Shown here: positions 8,181 through 17,141 of the stretch, piece after piece | How positions within the stretch are numbered: the first letter of the stretch is position 1 | Layout of the letters: every line of letters begins with the position of its first letter | NCBI GenBank assembly: GCA_964360965.1 | Contig: CAYHYM010000008.1 | Span: forward strand, 1-31,277 | Origin: an uncultured Gammaproteobacteria bacterium | GTDB lineage: Bacteria; Patescibacteriota; Microgenomatia; Daviesbacterales; UBA10151 | DNA: 31,277 bases | Reading direction: 5' to 3' | Notes under the pieces: generated by a model | Told to the model about the DNA's origin: nothing | What the model saw: the letters and a program-made list of their open reading frames with translations, nothing else | Database searches by the model: none | Made by a program: the position numbers and the translations under genes

Positions 8181-8864
8181 ATGCTCATTTTTAACCATGT
8201 CACCAAGAAATTTGGATCAGGTATTATAGCTTTGGATGATATATCAGTGGAAATTAAACAGGGTGAGTTTGTTTTTTTGGTGGGACCATCTGGCGCAGGC
8301 AAATCAACTCTTCTTAAAATTTTAACCCGGGAACTACTTCCAACCTCCGGTAAAGTTACTGTTGAAGGCCAGGATATTACCAAGTTAAAAGCAGGTCAAA
8401 TACCTACCTTCCGCAGAAAAATTGGGGTAGTTTTTCAAGATTTCAAACTGCTTGATGATAGAACGGTTTTTGAAAATGTGGCGTTGACTTTGGAGGTTTT
8501 AGGTAAAAATGAAGTCCAGATTCAAAAAGAGGTTGAACATACTTTAAAATTGGTCAATATCTGGGATCGCCGTAACCTTTTTCCCAGACAACTCTCAGGC
8601 GGAGAGGCTCAACGCACTGTCATTGCCAGGGCTGTAGTGGGAAAACCAAATATAGTTTTGGCAGATGAACCAACAGGAGATTTGGATCAAAAAACAGCTT
8701 GGGGAGTGATACAACTTTTAAATGAAATAAATTCCTGGGGTACAATAGTTTTAATGGCCACTCATAATCAAGAAATTGTCAATACCTTAAAAAAAAGAGT
8801 GATACTTTTAAAAATGGGTAAAATTGCCAAAGACCTAAAAGTAGGTAAATATGAGCTACACTAA
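8181..8864 (+). CDS. ftsE: Cell-division ABC transporter ATP-binding protein FtsE
   Basis: Walker A GPSGAGKST, ABC signature LSGGEAQR and Walker B VLADEPTGDLD. Followed by ftsX with a 14-nt overlap. Confidence 0.9.
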   Translation: MLIFNHVTKKFGSGIIALDDISVEIKQGEFVFLVGPSGAGKSTLLKILTRELLPTSGKVTVEGQDITKLKAGQIPTFRRKIGVVFQDFKLLDDRTVFENVALTLEVLGKNEVQIQKEVEHTLKLVNIWDRRNLFPRQLSGGEAQRTVIARAVVGKPNIVLADEPTGDLDQKTAWGVIQLLNEINSWGTIVLMATHNQEIVNTLKKRVILLKMGKIAKDLKVGKYELH

Positions 8865-9729
8865 TTATTTCAGGTTTACCAAAAGAAATATCCGCCGTTC
8901 CCCTTTTCAAGCTGCCGCCGCAGTGATGATTATGTTTCTGACCTTTTTTGTGCTTTCTACTTTTTTATTACTTGCCATAGGTTCTCAAGAAATACTGCGT
9001 TTTTATGAAAGTAAACCGCAGGTAATTGCCTTTTTTAAAGATACCACCACTAATGAAGACATTATGGCAATAAGCAAAGCATTGGAGAAAGATGCCCGGA
9101 TATTAAAAATAAAATTCGTTTCCAAACAGGAAGCTTTGAATATTTACAGAGAGTCGAATAAAAATGACCCCACGTTGCTGGAACTGGTCACAGCCAATAT
9201 TTTACCGGCATCGCTGGAAATTTCTACCAAAACCCCCCAAGATTTGGCTCCCATAGCAGAAATTTTAAGAATAGAACCCGTTGTTTCTGATGTAATCATT
9301 CCGGAGGATGTGATCCAAACCCTAACATCAGCCACCAGAATAATCCGCTATGTGGGAGGGGCAATTGTGGTATTTTTAATACTTTTTTCAACTCTGGTTA
9401 TTTTGATGGTGATCGGATTTAAAATAAGGCTGCGGCGGGATGAAATTGAAACCATGAGGCTGATTGGGGCATCTTCATCTTTTATCAGATGGCCTTTTAT
9501 CATGGAGGGTATCTTTTACGGATTAACAGGGGCAATAGTTGCCTGGATTGTAGTTTATACTCTGCTTTGGTATTTTACCCCATTCTTGCAAACATATTTG
9601 GGTGAAGTGCAATTTTTACCTGTAAACCCCCTTTTTATGCTGGCACTTCTTACTACCTCTCTTTTGACTGCTATCGTTGTTGGATCTTTAGGATCTTTGG
9701 GAGCAGTTAAAAGATATCTTCATATTTAG
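8851..9729 (+). CDS. ftsX: Cell-division ABC transporter permease-like protein FtsX
   Basis: One TM, then an extracytoplasmic domain, then 3 C-terminal TM helices. Directly follows ftsE. Confidence 0.85.
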   Translation: MSYTNYFRFTKRNIRRSPFQAAAAVMIMFLTFFVLSTFLLLAIGSQEILRFYESKPQVIAFFKDTTTNEDIMAISKALEKDARILKIKFVSKQEALNIYRESNKNDPTLLELVTANILPASLEISTKTPQDLAPIAEILRIEPVVSDVIIPEDVIQTLTSATRIIRYVGGAIVVFLILFSTLVILMVIGFKIRLRRDEIETMRLIGASSSFIRWPFIMEGIFYGLTGAIVAWIVVYTLLWYFTPFLQTYLGEVQFLPVNPLFMLALLTTSLLTAIVVGSLGSLGAVKRYLHI

Positions 9730-9740
9730 GTAAGCTGTGT

Positions 9741-10889
9741 ATGAAACATTTAGTAATCATCCTTTTTTTTGTAAGTATAATCTTTAATCCACTACCCATT
9801 GCTTATGCACAGTCTCAAGATGAATTAGCCAAAAAGTTGGAGGAGAAACAGGCAGAAATTCAAAAACTGGAAACCCACCTTGAAGATGCCAGAAGCAAGT
9901 CTAAAACCCTAAAATCCCAACTGGGAATAATAGATTCTCAAACAAAAATTACAGAACTAAAAATTGAGGAAATCTCCATTAGAATCGAGAAGTTAAAAAG
10001 AGAAATTTTTGAATTATCTACTCGAATTGACCGAATTTCAACCTCAATTGATACATTATCTGAGATTTTATTAAAAAGAATAATCCAGACATATAAATAT
10101 GGGGCTTTGACTACTTTGGATTTAATCTTTTCATCAGATGGGTTTGCTCAAATTTTGGAAAGAACAAAATATATCCAGGTGGCCCAAGCCAATGATAAAA
10201 AAGTACTTTACCAACTCCAAGCCACAAAATCTACTTATAATGATCAAAGACAAGATAAACAAACAAAACAAAATGAAGCCAAAAAATTAAATCAAGACCT
10301 GGAAAATTATAAAAATCAACTAGACCAACAAAAAAAAGATAAAGAGAATCTGTTAGCAATCACCAAAAATGATGAATCCAGATACCAACAGGAAATTGCC
10401 CGTTTACAAGCAGAGCTGGCCTCTATTGCTCAAGCTATTTCTAATGTGGGGCCAAAAATTGGGCCGGTCCAAAAGGGTGAAACCATTGCTGCCATGGGTT
10501 CAACTGGTTGTTCTACTGGCCCGCATTTGCATTATGAGGTTTTTGAAAATGCCAAAATTGAAGGAGGCAGAGTGATTGGGAATAGAGTTGACCCGAATAA
10601 CTATTTGGGTAGCAAACTGGGTTCCCCACTTAATGGATATCCAGGAGGAGATTGGATCATTACTACAGAATATGGTGAGATTTACTTTTTGGGTACCCAT
10701 ACTGGTTTAGATATTGCCCCCAAAGGTGGCGGCGGTTTGGGTAGAGCCATAGTTGCTTCTGAAAAAGGAACAGCATATTCTGTTTCTGCCATCTGTAGCG
10801 TTAATATAGCTGGGGGTTCATCTGTGGGTAAAGGGGTAGTCATTGACCATGAAAATGGATTAGTCACTTTGTATTGGCATATACTGTAA
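9741..10889 (+). CDS. Secreted coiled-coil M23/LytM metallopeptidase (EnvC/PcsB-type FtsEX partner) with reversed order of catalytic motifs
   Basis: Signal peptide (..PIAYA/QS) and a ~200-aa heptad-rich region. GSTGCSTGPHLHYEVF (HxH, 10524-10532) comes BEFORE ITTEYGE..GTHTGLDIA (HxxxD, 10698-10712) and VVIDHENGLVTLYWHIL-stop. Confidence 0.85.
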   Translation: MKHLVIILFFVSIIFNPLPIAYAQSQDELAKKLEEKQAEIQKLETHLEDARSKSKTLKSQLGIIDSQTKITELKIEEISIRIEKLKREIFELSTRIDRISTSIDTLSEILLKRIIQTYKYGALTTLDLIFSSDGFAQILERTKYIQVAQANDKKVLYQLQATKSTYNDQRQDKQTKQNEAKKLNQDLENYKNQLDQQKKDKENLLAITKNDESRYQQEIARLQAELASIAQAISNVGPKIGPVQKGETIAAMGSTGCSTGPHLHYEVFENAKIEGGRVIGNRVDPNNYLGSKLGSPLNGYPGGDWIITTEYGEIYFLGTHTGLDIAPKGGGGLGRAIVASEKGTAYSVSAICSVNIAGGSSVGKGVVIDHENGLVTLYWHIL

Positions 10890-12013
10890 GGGTGACTGCC
10901 CACAGACTCTTAATCTGTATAATTGCTTTTGTTTATTGTCTTTTAAGTGCCTCAACTGTTTTTGCCGGAGATCCACCAACTCTGACAAGTCCTTCAAATA
11001 ATTCTACTGTTACATCTTCTACATTAAATTGGCAAGCTCCCTCATATTCTCTATATTCCACTGATCCTTATAGAGTACAGGTTGATGATGATCCTTCTTT
11101 TCCCAGCGCAACTATCAATAAAGACTACCGTACAAAGAACCCCTACTATAGTCCTGTCTTAAATGAGGGTGTATGGTATTGGAGAGTTAAAGCTAAAGAT
11201 TCTTCTGGTATATGGAGCAATTGGAGTGGTATCTGGTCATTTACATTGCAAACTTCATCTCCAGCAACTCCTACACCAACTCCATCACCCACTCCATCAT
11301 CAACTTCCCCCAGTTCAACGGTAACCTCATCATTTACCGTCTCTGATGTGCCATCACAAATTAATTCTGATCAATCATTTAATGTCTCTGCTAATTTATC
11401 CTTACCAAATAATCCGGATGCTACCTTTTATTTAAAGGGGGCTTTTAAAAAGGCGGATAGCTCCAATTATTTTGGATTAACTAAAGTATCTGGTATTTGG
11501 ATTAAAAATGGCAGCAGTTATTCAGAACAATACCGAATTACTACAAATAGTACTGGTAATTGGTCAGGCAATTTGGAAGTGCAGCCAGACAGTGGGGATT
11601 CTGGTTTTACCGGCAGTGGTGATTATATTTTTAAGGTAGGAAGATATACCTCTTCTGGTTCTGGTCCAACATGGAGCAATGAGGCAACAATAAATTTGAT
11701 AGATGTCAATGGCGAAGGTATCAAAGGGGGTACTGATTTACAAACTGCAACTATAAATAACAATCAACCCCAAAAATCATCTGCAGTTAAAGGGTTGACA
11801 AAAACAAACATTAAAAAAAACTTTCTTGAATCCTCTGCTTCTCCACTGATCAAACAATACACACCTCAAGCTCAACAGTCTACTTCTTCAGTTCAAATAA
11901 AAAATAATAACTCAAAATATCCACTGGTTATTATGGGTAGCATTTTAATAATACTGGGCGCAGGTTCAATTATTTATCTAATTTGGCAGAAAAAATTAAA
12001 ACTTAAACCATGA
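10874..12013 (+). CDS. Secreted FN3-like domain protein with a PT-rich linker and C-terminal TM anchor
   Basis: Signal peptide LLICIIAFVYCLLSASTVFA/GD; the start may be GTG 10892 rather than TTG 10874. W-rich FN3-like segment (WYWRVKAKDSSGIWSNWSGIWSF). Linker SSPATPTPTPSPTPSSTSPSS. Terminal TM LVIMGSILIILGAGSIIYLIW. Confidence 0.7.
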   Translation: MAYTVRVTAHRLLICIIAFVYCLLSASTVFAGDPPTLTSPSNNSTVTSSTLNWQAPSYSLYSTDPYRVQVDDDPSFPSATINKDYRTKNPYYSPVLNEGVWYWRVKAKDSSGIWSNWSGIWSFTLQTSSPATPTPTPSPTPSSTSPSSTVTSSFTVSDVPSQINSDQSFNVSANLSLPNNPDATFYLKGAFKKADSSNYFGLTKVSGIWIKNGSSYSEQYRITTNSTGNWSGNLEVQPDSGDSGFTGSGDYIFKVGRYTSSGSGPTWSNEATINLIDVNGEGIKGGTDLQTATINNNQPQKSSAVKGLTKTNIKKNFLESSASPLIKQYTPQAQQSTSSVQIKNNNSKYPLVIMGSILIILGAGSIIYLIWQKKLKLKP

Positions 12014-12441
12014 AACAATTTAAAACATATAATTTTTACCAAACTCAAAATTTGGCAAAAAAAATGGCCCAACGCCCAAAGGGTAATGTTTATGCTTTGG
12101 TGGGGGAATTGGGTTCTGGTAAAACCACCTTTGCTCAAGGATTTGCCCAAGGTTTGGGGATTAAGGATAAAATCCTCTCTCCCACTTTTATTTTGATTCG
12201 CCAACATCCCATACCAAAATCTTCAAAAACACTTTATCATCTTGATCTTTATAGAATGGATAATACTGAGCAAATCAAACAACTTGGAATTGAAGAGATC
12301 ATTTCAGATCCTGACAACATAGTATTAATAGAGTGGGCTGAAAAAGCCAAAAAGTTCTTACCTCAAAATATTACCTGGATTTTTTTAAAATCGATTGGAC
12401 AGTATATTAGAGAGCTCAAAATAAAGGAAGCTCATTCCTAA
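12010..12441 (+). CDS. tsaE: tRNA t6A37 biosynthesis ATPase TsaE
   Basis: P-loop GELGSGKTTFAQGFAQGLGI, SPTFILI and HLDLYR are TsaE/YjeE signatures. ATGA overlap with the upstream gene. Confidence 0.9.
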   Translation: MKQFKTYNFYQTQNLAKKMAQRPKGNVYALVGELGSGKTTFAQGFAQGLGIKDKILSPTFILIRQHPIPKSSKTLYHLDLYRMDNTEQIKQLGIEEIISDPDNIVLIEWAEKAKKFLPQNITWIFLKSIGQYIRELKIKEAHS

Positions 12442-13936
12442 CTTCTATAGTTAATGGTCCAATGTTTTCTGATTTTAGAAGTTCTAAATTCTTAAATTGA
12501 TTTTCCCAAAGATGCCTAATGCCAGTTTGATCCGGCTCTTTAATTAAAAACACTAACCCCGAGCTTTCTGGTTGGTTCCCCACCTCTAATTTTTCTTTAC
12601 TTGGTACATAAGGTGGTTTATTGGGAGCATAAGCATATTCTTGAGGTAAATATCCATATTTTTTTAGCCCATGCCACCAAAAAAGATATTGATATGGCCA
12701 ATCATAAACTGATGGAAGATAAGTATAAACCTTAAAGTTTTTACCTCCAGCTTGTTGGTAAACATAATCAATAGCTGAAAGTTCTGTTCTTAAATGGGAA
12801 TTGCCTAATGATTTTCTTTGAGCTGCTTTTATGTATTCATGTATATTTTGTACACTAAATACTACTAAAACTAAAACTAAAATAACTGCCACTATTTTAC
12901 CAAAGTGAGTTTTTAGATGATAAAAAACCAAACCAACTGCTAAAATTGAGGCTACTAAAGAAGCATTAAAATACCAAGGCAGAATACCCACTTTAAGAGG
13001 GATTAATCCTAAAAGTGGCACAAAGATAAGTAGCAGAGTAATTAAAGTTACTATATCTAATTTTTTAGTGTTTCTTAATAATTTTAAAACTACCAGGGTA
13101 AAAATTATTATTACTATATTGGTAAATAATTTAAAATTCATGAAGGTTGGTAAAAGTGTGTTATAAAAACCCTTAAAAATATCTGCTGCTTTCTCTATTA
13201 AAGACCCACTAACCATTGAATGAGAAGTGGATTGGTAAGATAGTAGCGCTTTGGTCATGAAAAAGTTATGACGAAGTTCAAACAAAAGTTGTGGCAAAAG
13301 TGTTAATCCAAAAACTAAAACTGCTAGATAAAAAGATCTTGTTTTAAAAAGACTTTTTTTAGTTAGAAAAATAACAAGAACTATAACTAGTGGCATAAAA
13401 AGTCCCACTGTTACCTCAAAGTGTAAAAATGCTCCCGCCAGAAACCAACTTACAGTGGCAAACCACCACTTCCCAGATTCTACAAAACGCCACAAGCAGT
13501 AAATAAAAATAGGTGTTAAAAATAATATGGGATTGGGATTAAAAGCATATTGACTGCCCAAAAGAATAAAATTAGAAGCTACCCAAAAGCAAGTTACTGC
13601 AACATAAGCCCAAGTACCATAAAATTTATATGCTAAATACAATAAGAAAAATCCTCCCAGTATCCAAAATGTTATCTCCATTAAAATTGGGGCATAGGGA
13701 TGACCTCCAGATAAAATAAAAGGTATAGTCAAAAGATAATACCAACCTGGTCCATAATATATTCCATCAATAGAGGTTGTTTGACCGATTAGTCTTAAAT
13801 GACCTAAAACTACCATCTCCCTCACATCTACCATATCTCTGGCGTTGTCCATATTAAAATAAAAATTACCATCAGCGGTGATAAAAAATCTAAATAAAGC
13901 CCCTAAAAATAGTGTCACTAAAATAATTTTTTTCAT
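12416..13936 (-). CDS. GT-C fold membrane glycosyltransferase (GT39/ArnT-like), paralog of the next gene
   Basis: 506 aa, more than 10 TM helices. N-terminal FNMDNARD..LIGQTTSIDGIYYGPGWYYLL aligns by eye with FGFDQARD..LIGPSTSFEGLYHGVLYYYLL of the 511-aa neighbour. The C-terminal soluble domains are also similar. Confidence 0.75.
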   Translation of the reverse strand: MKKIILVTLFLGALFRFFITADGNFYFNMDNARDMVDVREMVVLGHLRLIGQTTSIDGIYYGPGWYYLLTIPFILSGGHPYAPILMEITFWILGGFFLLYLAYKFYGTWAYVAVTCFWVASNFILLGSQYAFNPNPILFLTPIFIYCLWRFVESGKWWFATVSWFLAGAFLHFEVTVGLFMPLVIVLVIFLTKKSLFKTRSFYLAVLVFGLTLLPQLLFELRHNFFMTKALLSYQSTSHSMVSGSLIEKAADIFKGFYNTLLPTFMNFKLFTNIVIIIFTLVVLKLLRNTKKLDIVTLITLLLIFVPLLGLIPLKVGILPWYFNASLVASILAVGLVFYHLKTHFGKIVAVILVLVLVVFSVQNIHEYIKAAQRKSLGNSHLRTELSAIDYVYQQAGGKNFKVYTYLPSVYDWPYQYLFWWHGLKKYGYLPQEYAYAPNKPPYVPSKEKLEVGNQPESSGLVFLIKEPDQTGIRHLWENQFKNLELLKSENIGPLTIEVRNELPLF

Positions 13937-15472
13937 CTAAAATTTTTCTCTTTTCTGAACAACAAACATACCAAATTTTTCTTCCTCAACTATTTTGGTA
14001 AAATAGCCTTCTTCTTTTAAGAAATCATCAATTAAATAAGTGGCAATTCCTCTGGTCGGTTCAATAATAACATACCTTCTACTTGGTAGTTTCTCCTGAG
14101 CCTCTTCAACTTTTAAGTTACCTGCAAAACCTACTGCATTTTTACCATTCCAGATAGGTAAATATCCAAAATTATTTTGTCCATACCATTCAAAAAGATA
14201 ACTCCAAGTGGTATTTATATAAAGAGGCATTGTTACTGCCTTAACGGCAAATGGCTCACTATTAGCATCTTGATAAATATAATCCAAAACTTTTTTCTGA
14301 TCAGACAATAACATGCCCTGCTGAACATTAATCTCTGAAATAGTTCCCTTAGGATTTAGTTTAGTAATCATAGTCAAGTTTGAATATATTATTATGGCTA
14401 CTATTAATAATCCCAGAAAAATATTTTTCTTTATTACTTTTTCTATTATCAAAGATATGAATATTAATAATGCTATAGACACTCCTACATTGGGATAATA
14501 TAATGGGATTTCTTTTTGTAAATTTTCTACTCCTCCATGTACCACCAAAGTCAGTATTAAAGAAAAAAACCAGACACTTAAAAAAATTAGCTGTTTTAAA
14601 TATATTTTTTTAATCAGTAAAATTATATAAATAATAGTAAGCAGTACCAAAACTATTTCTTTATACTGAAAATCTCCCCAGATGTTGTAGCTACCCATTT
14701 TTGAAACAGTAAAAAGGTAAGTTTGAATAATACTATCTAATGTTTTACCAGGATTAAATCCAGATAATGCTACCAGGGAATTTATAGTCCTAAAATTATA
14801 TTTAAATTCTGCCAAAATAAATGATGATAAAGAAATCGTCAGCACCATAATAGAAATTAACCAGATTTTTAAAGGTACCTGAAAGAATCTTTGTCTAAAG
14901 AGCAGAATTATTAAAACAAAGGGTACAGTCAAATAAGTTAAAACAAACTCAGATTGTATTGAAAAACCTAGTCCTAAAAAAGCTAATGGTAATCCCAAGC
15001 AAATGTTTCTAAAAACAACTTTTGCCAGACCTAAATACATTACTAAAATACTAAGAACCCCCAGCGAAGGATGATGTAGATAAATAGAAAATTGAGTCTG
15101 TTCAAAAGAAAAAGCAAAAAGAATAGCAGTAAAAAGGGCAGTTTTTTTATCAAATAATATTTTAGTGATATAAAAAATAAGAAAAATTCCCAAGGAGTTA
15201 AGGATTCTCCAAACCGCTGCCACAAATTCCGTACTTTTATCTCCCAGACCATATAAAGGAGCCAAAAGATAGTAATACAAAACTCCATGATACAATCCCT
15301 CAAAGGAAGTTGAAGGACCAATAAGTTTTAAATCACCATTTAATAAATCTTGTGCAACATAAGCATCTCTGGCTTGATCAAATCCAAAATAAATATTGTT
15401 GGGAAAATAAAGAAAACGGATAACCATTGCTAATAAAAAAATGGCGGGTAGTATTATTTTAGTCTTATTCAT
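13937..15472 (-). CDS. GT-C fold membrane glycosyltransferase (GT39/ArnT-like)
   Basis: 511 aa, polytopic. Its stop abuts the start of the downstream paralog (TAGATG). Carries the FDQARD motif in the first loop. Confidence 0.75.
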   Translation of the reverse strand: MNKTKIILPAIFLLAMVIRFLYFPNNIYFGFDQARDAYVAQDLLNGDLKLIGPSTSFEGLYHGVLYYYLLAPLYGLGDKSTEFVAAVWRILNSLGIFLIFYITKILFDKKTALFTAILFAFSFEQTQFSIYLHHPSLGVLSILVMYLGLAKVVFRNICLGLPLAFLGLGFSIQSEFVLTYLTVPFVLIILLFRQRFFQVPLKIWLISIMVLTISLSSFILAEFKYNFRTINSLVALSGFNPGKTLDSIIQTYLFTVSKMGSYNIWGDFQYKEIVLVLLTIIYIILLIKKIYLKQLIFLSVWFFSLILTLVVHGGVENLQKEIPLYYPNVGVSIALLIFISLIIEKVIKKNIFLGLLIVAIIIYSNLTMITKLNPKGTISEINVQQGMLLSDQKKVLDYIYQDANSEPFAVKAVTMPLYINTTWSYLFEWYGQNNFGYLPIWNGKNAVGFAGNLKVEEAQEKLPSRRYVIIEPTRGIATYLIDDFLKEEGYFTKIVEEEKFGMFVVQKREKF

Positions 15473-17141
15473 GAGTTAAAAGATAAAATGCCACCTCTTT
15501 TGAGGGATATTCAATTATATCAACAACCTTAAGTCCTTTAATTTTTTCAAATCTTAAATCATTTGGGATATCTTTTCTATTGGCTATAAGTAAAGTTTTA
15601 GAATTAAGAAAATCTGAAAGAGTATCATTTTGTAAAATTTTTTGATCAATACTGGCAAAATAGAACTTACCCAGTTTCGGGATATCTTTACCAAAACCCT
15701 CAAGGGTAATTTTATCTAAATTATTTTTTTGGAAAAAAAGGGGGTCGTATTTAGTCCAAAACAAGGCAAATACAAGAGGAGGTTCTGTAGTTGGAGTAAA
15801 AATAAACTTATCATAAGTATCTCCTAAAATCTGGGTTTTAAGAATTGCCTGTTTAAAACCATAGTGCCATAATCTTTCTGATTCTTGAGGATAGTGTACA
15901 TAATATCGGTGTAGATAAAGATAGAAGTTGCCAAGCAGTATTAAAATTATTGAAATAAATATTAGCTTCTTTAGTTTATCTTTTAACCAAAACATCTGAA
16001 ATAAAAAGTAAAAACCCAAAGCGCTTATGATAATCAGAGGTGTTAGCATTAAAAATAATCTTGTGGCATGATCACCCCCTCCAACAGTTAGGGCGGCAGG
16101 TATCGGAGATAAAACCAGCCAAAAAAGAATTAATTTAGCTTGCTTTGGAAAATTATTGAATAAAACCCAGATTCCGAGCAATATTGAAATAACTTCTATA
16201 AAATAAAATTGGCCCATTCCACCCACACTGTGTCTTATGATGTGGTCCCCTTGCAAAAACAAAAAATTTGTAGAAATTGATGTCAGATAATTTTTAGCAA
16301 AAATTTCCGAAAAAGAAAGCAGTTTATTGTGTGAAATTTTAGAAATAGGGTTTGGTACCGGATTATCTATCCCTCTTTTAACATCAACTTCTTGTGGAAT
16401 TGTGGGGTCTGCAAAAATATTGGTATAAGAAAACCTATAACCAGCCTTCCCTTGTATGGTATCTAGCATCAAAGGCGTGGTCATAAAAAATAAAATTAAA
16501 ATTATGGTTAGTTTAAAATTACTGGATAATTTTATAATTTCTTTTCTATAAATTAGAAATAAACCTAAAGTTAATATCGGTACGAAAAGTTTTGCCGTAC
16601 TATAACTGTAAATAGACAAACTAAATAAAATTACAGATATTATAAGTAATTTTTTCTTAACTATTCCTTCCAGGAAAAATACTATCCCCCAAATAATAAG
16701 AGCAAGCATTAGAGTTACCTCAAAGCCTGCTCTTGAATAATGAAGCTGCCAAGGTGAAATAGTAAATAGAAAAGTAGAAATTATTGCTACCCAGTTGTTA
16801 AACTCAAGTTTTTTCACTAGAAAATATAACCCCAAAATTGAAATTATCCCAAAAAAAGCTGACGGTACTCTCACACCCCACTCATTCAAACCAAAAAGTG
16901 CAATTGTAACTGCAGATGAATATATATAAAGTGGAGCCCTAAAATCTGAAAAAGACTCAAAAGAAATCGGTAAAAAATTTCCATTATAATCTTTTCCTGT
17001 TTTTAGTAAGGAGTAGGCTTGATAACCAACATCAACTTCATCAGCAAAAAGACTGGGTGGATTTTGATCTAATAAATAAAACCTCAAAAATATCCCTAAA
17101 AAAATTATTGAGATGAAAAATATTTTTTGTATCTTGGTCAT
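15465..17141 (-). CDS. Glycosyltransferase family 39 (PMT_2 / protein-mannosyltransferase- or ArnT-like)
   Basis: NPPSLFADEVDVGYQAYSLLKTGKDYNGNFLP is the typical first-loop DE motif region of bacterial GT39 proteins. 558 aa, polytopic. Confidence 0.8.
   Translation of the reverse strand: MTKIQKIFFISIIFLGIFLRFYLLDQNPPSLFADEVDVGYQAYSLLKTGKDYNGNFLPISFESFSDFRAPLYIYSSAVTIALFGLNEWGVRVPSAFFGIISILGLYFLVKKLEFNNWVAIISTFLFTISPWQLHYSRAGFEVTLMLALIIWGIVFFLEGIVKKKLLIISVILFSLSIYSYSTAKLFVPILTLGLFLIYRKEIIKLSSNFKLTIILILFFMTTPLMLDTIQGKAGYRFSYTNIFADPTIPQEVDVKRGIDNPVPNPISKISHNKLLSFSEIFAKNYLTSISTNFLFLQGDHIIRHSVGGMGQFYFIEVISILLGIWVLFNNFPKQAKLILFWLVLSPIPAALTVGGGDHATRLFLMLTPLIIISALGFYFLFQMFWLKDKLKKLIFISIILILLGNFYLYLHRYYVHYPQESERLWHYGFKQAILKTQILGDTYDKFIFTPTTEPPLVFALFWTKYDPLFFQKNNLDKITLEGFGKDIPKLGKFYFASIDQKILQNDTLSDFLNSKTLLIANRKDIPNDLRFEKIKGLKVVDIIEYPSKEVAFYLLTHE

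Noticed and set aside
11260-11340. PT-rich and NPN-rich nucleotide repeats (also 21201-21560) considered as non-coding repeats
   Set aside because: They are in-frame low-complexity linkers of long ORFs with signal or TM segments, so they are coding low-complexity sequence and not an independent repeat element.
15043-15321. 92-aa - strand ORF overlapping the 511-aa GT-C gene in another frame
   Set aside because: The long frame gives a coherent polytopic protein paralogous to its neighbour, and the short frame has no independent support.
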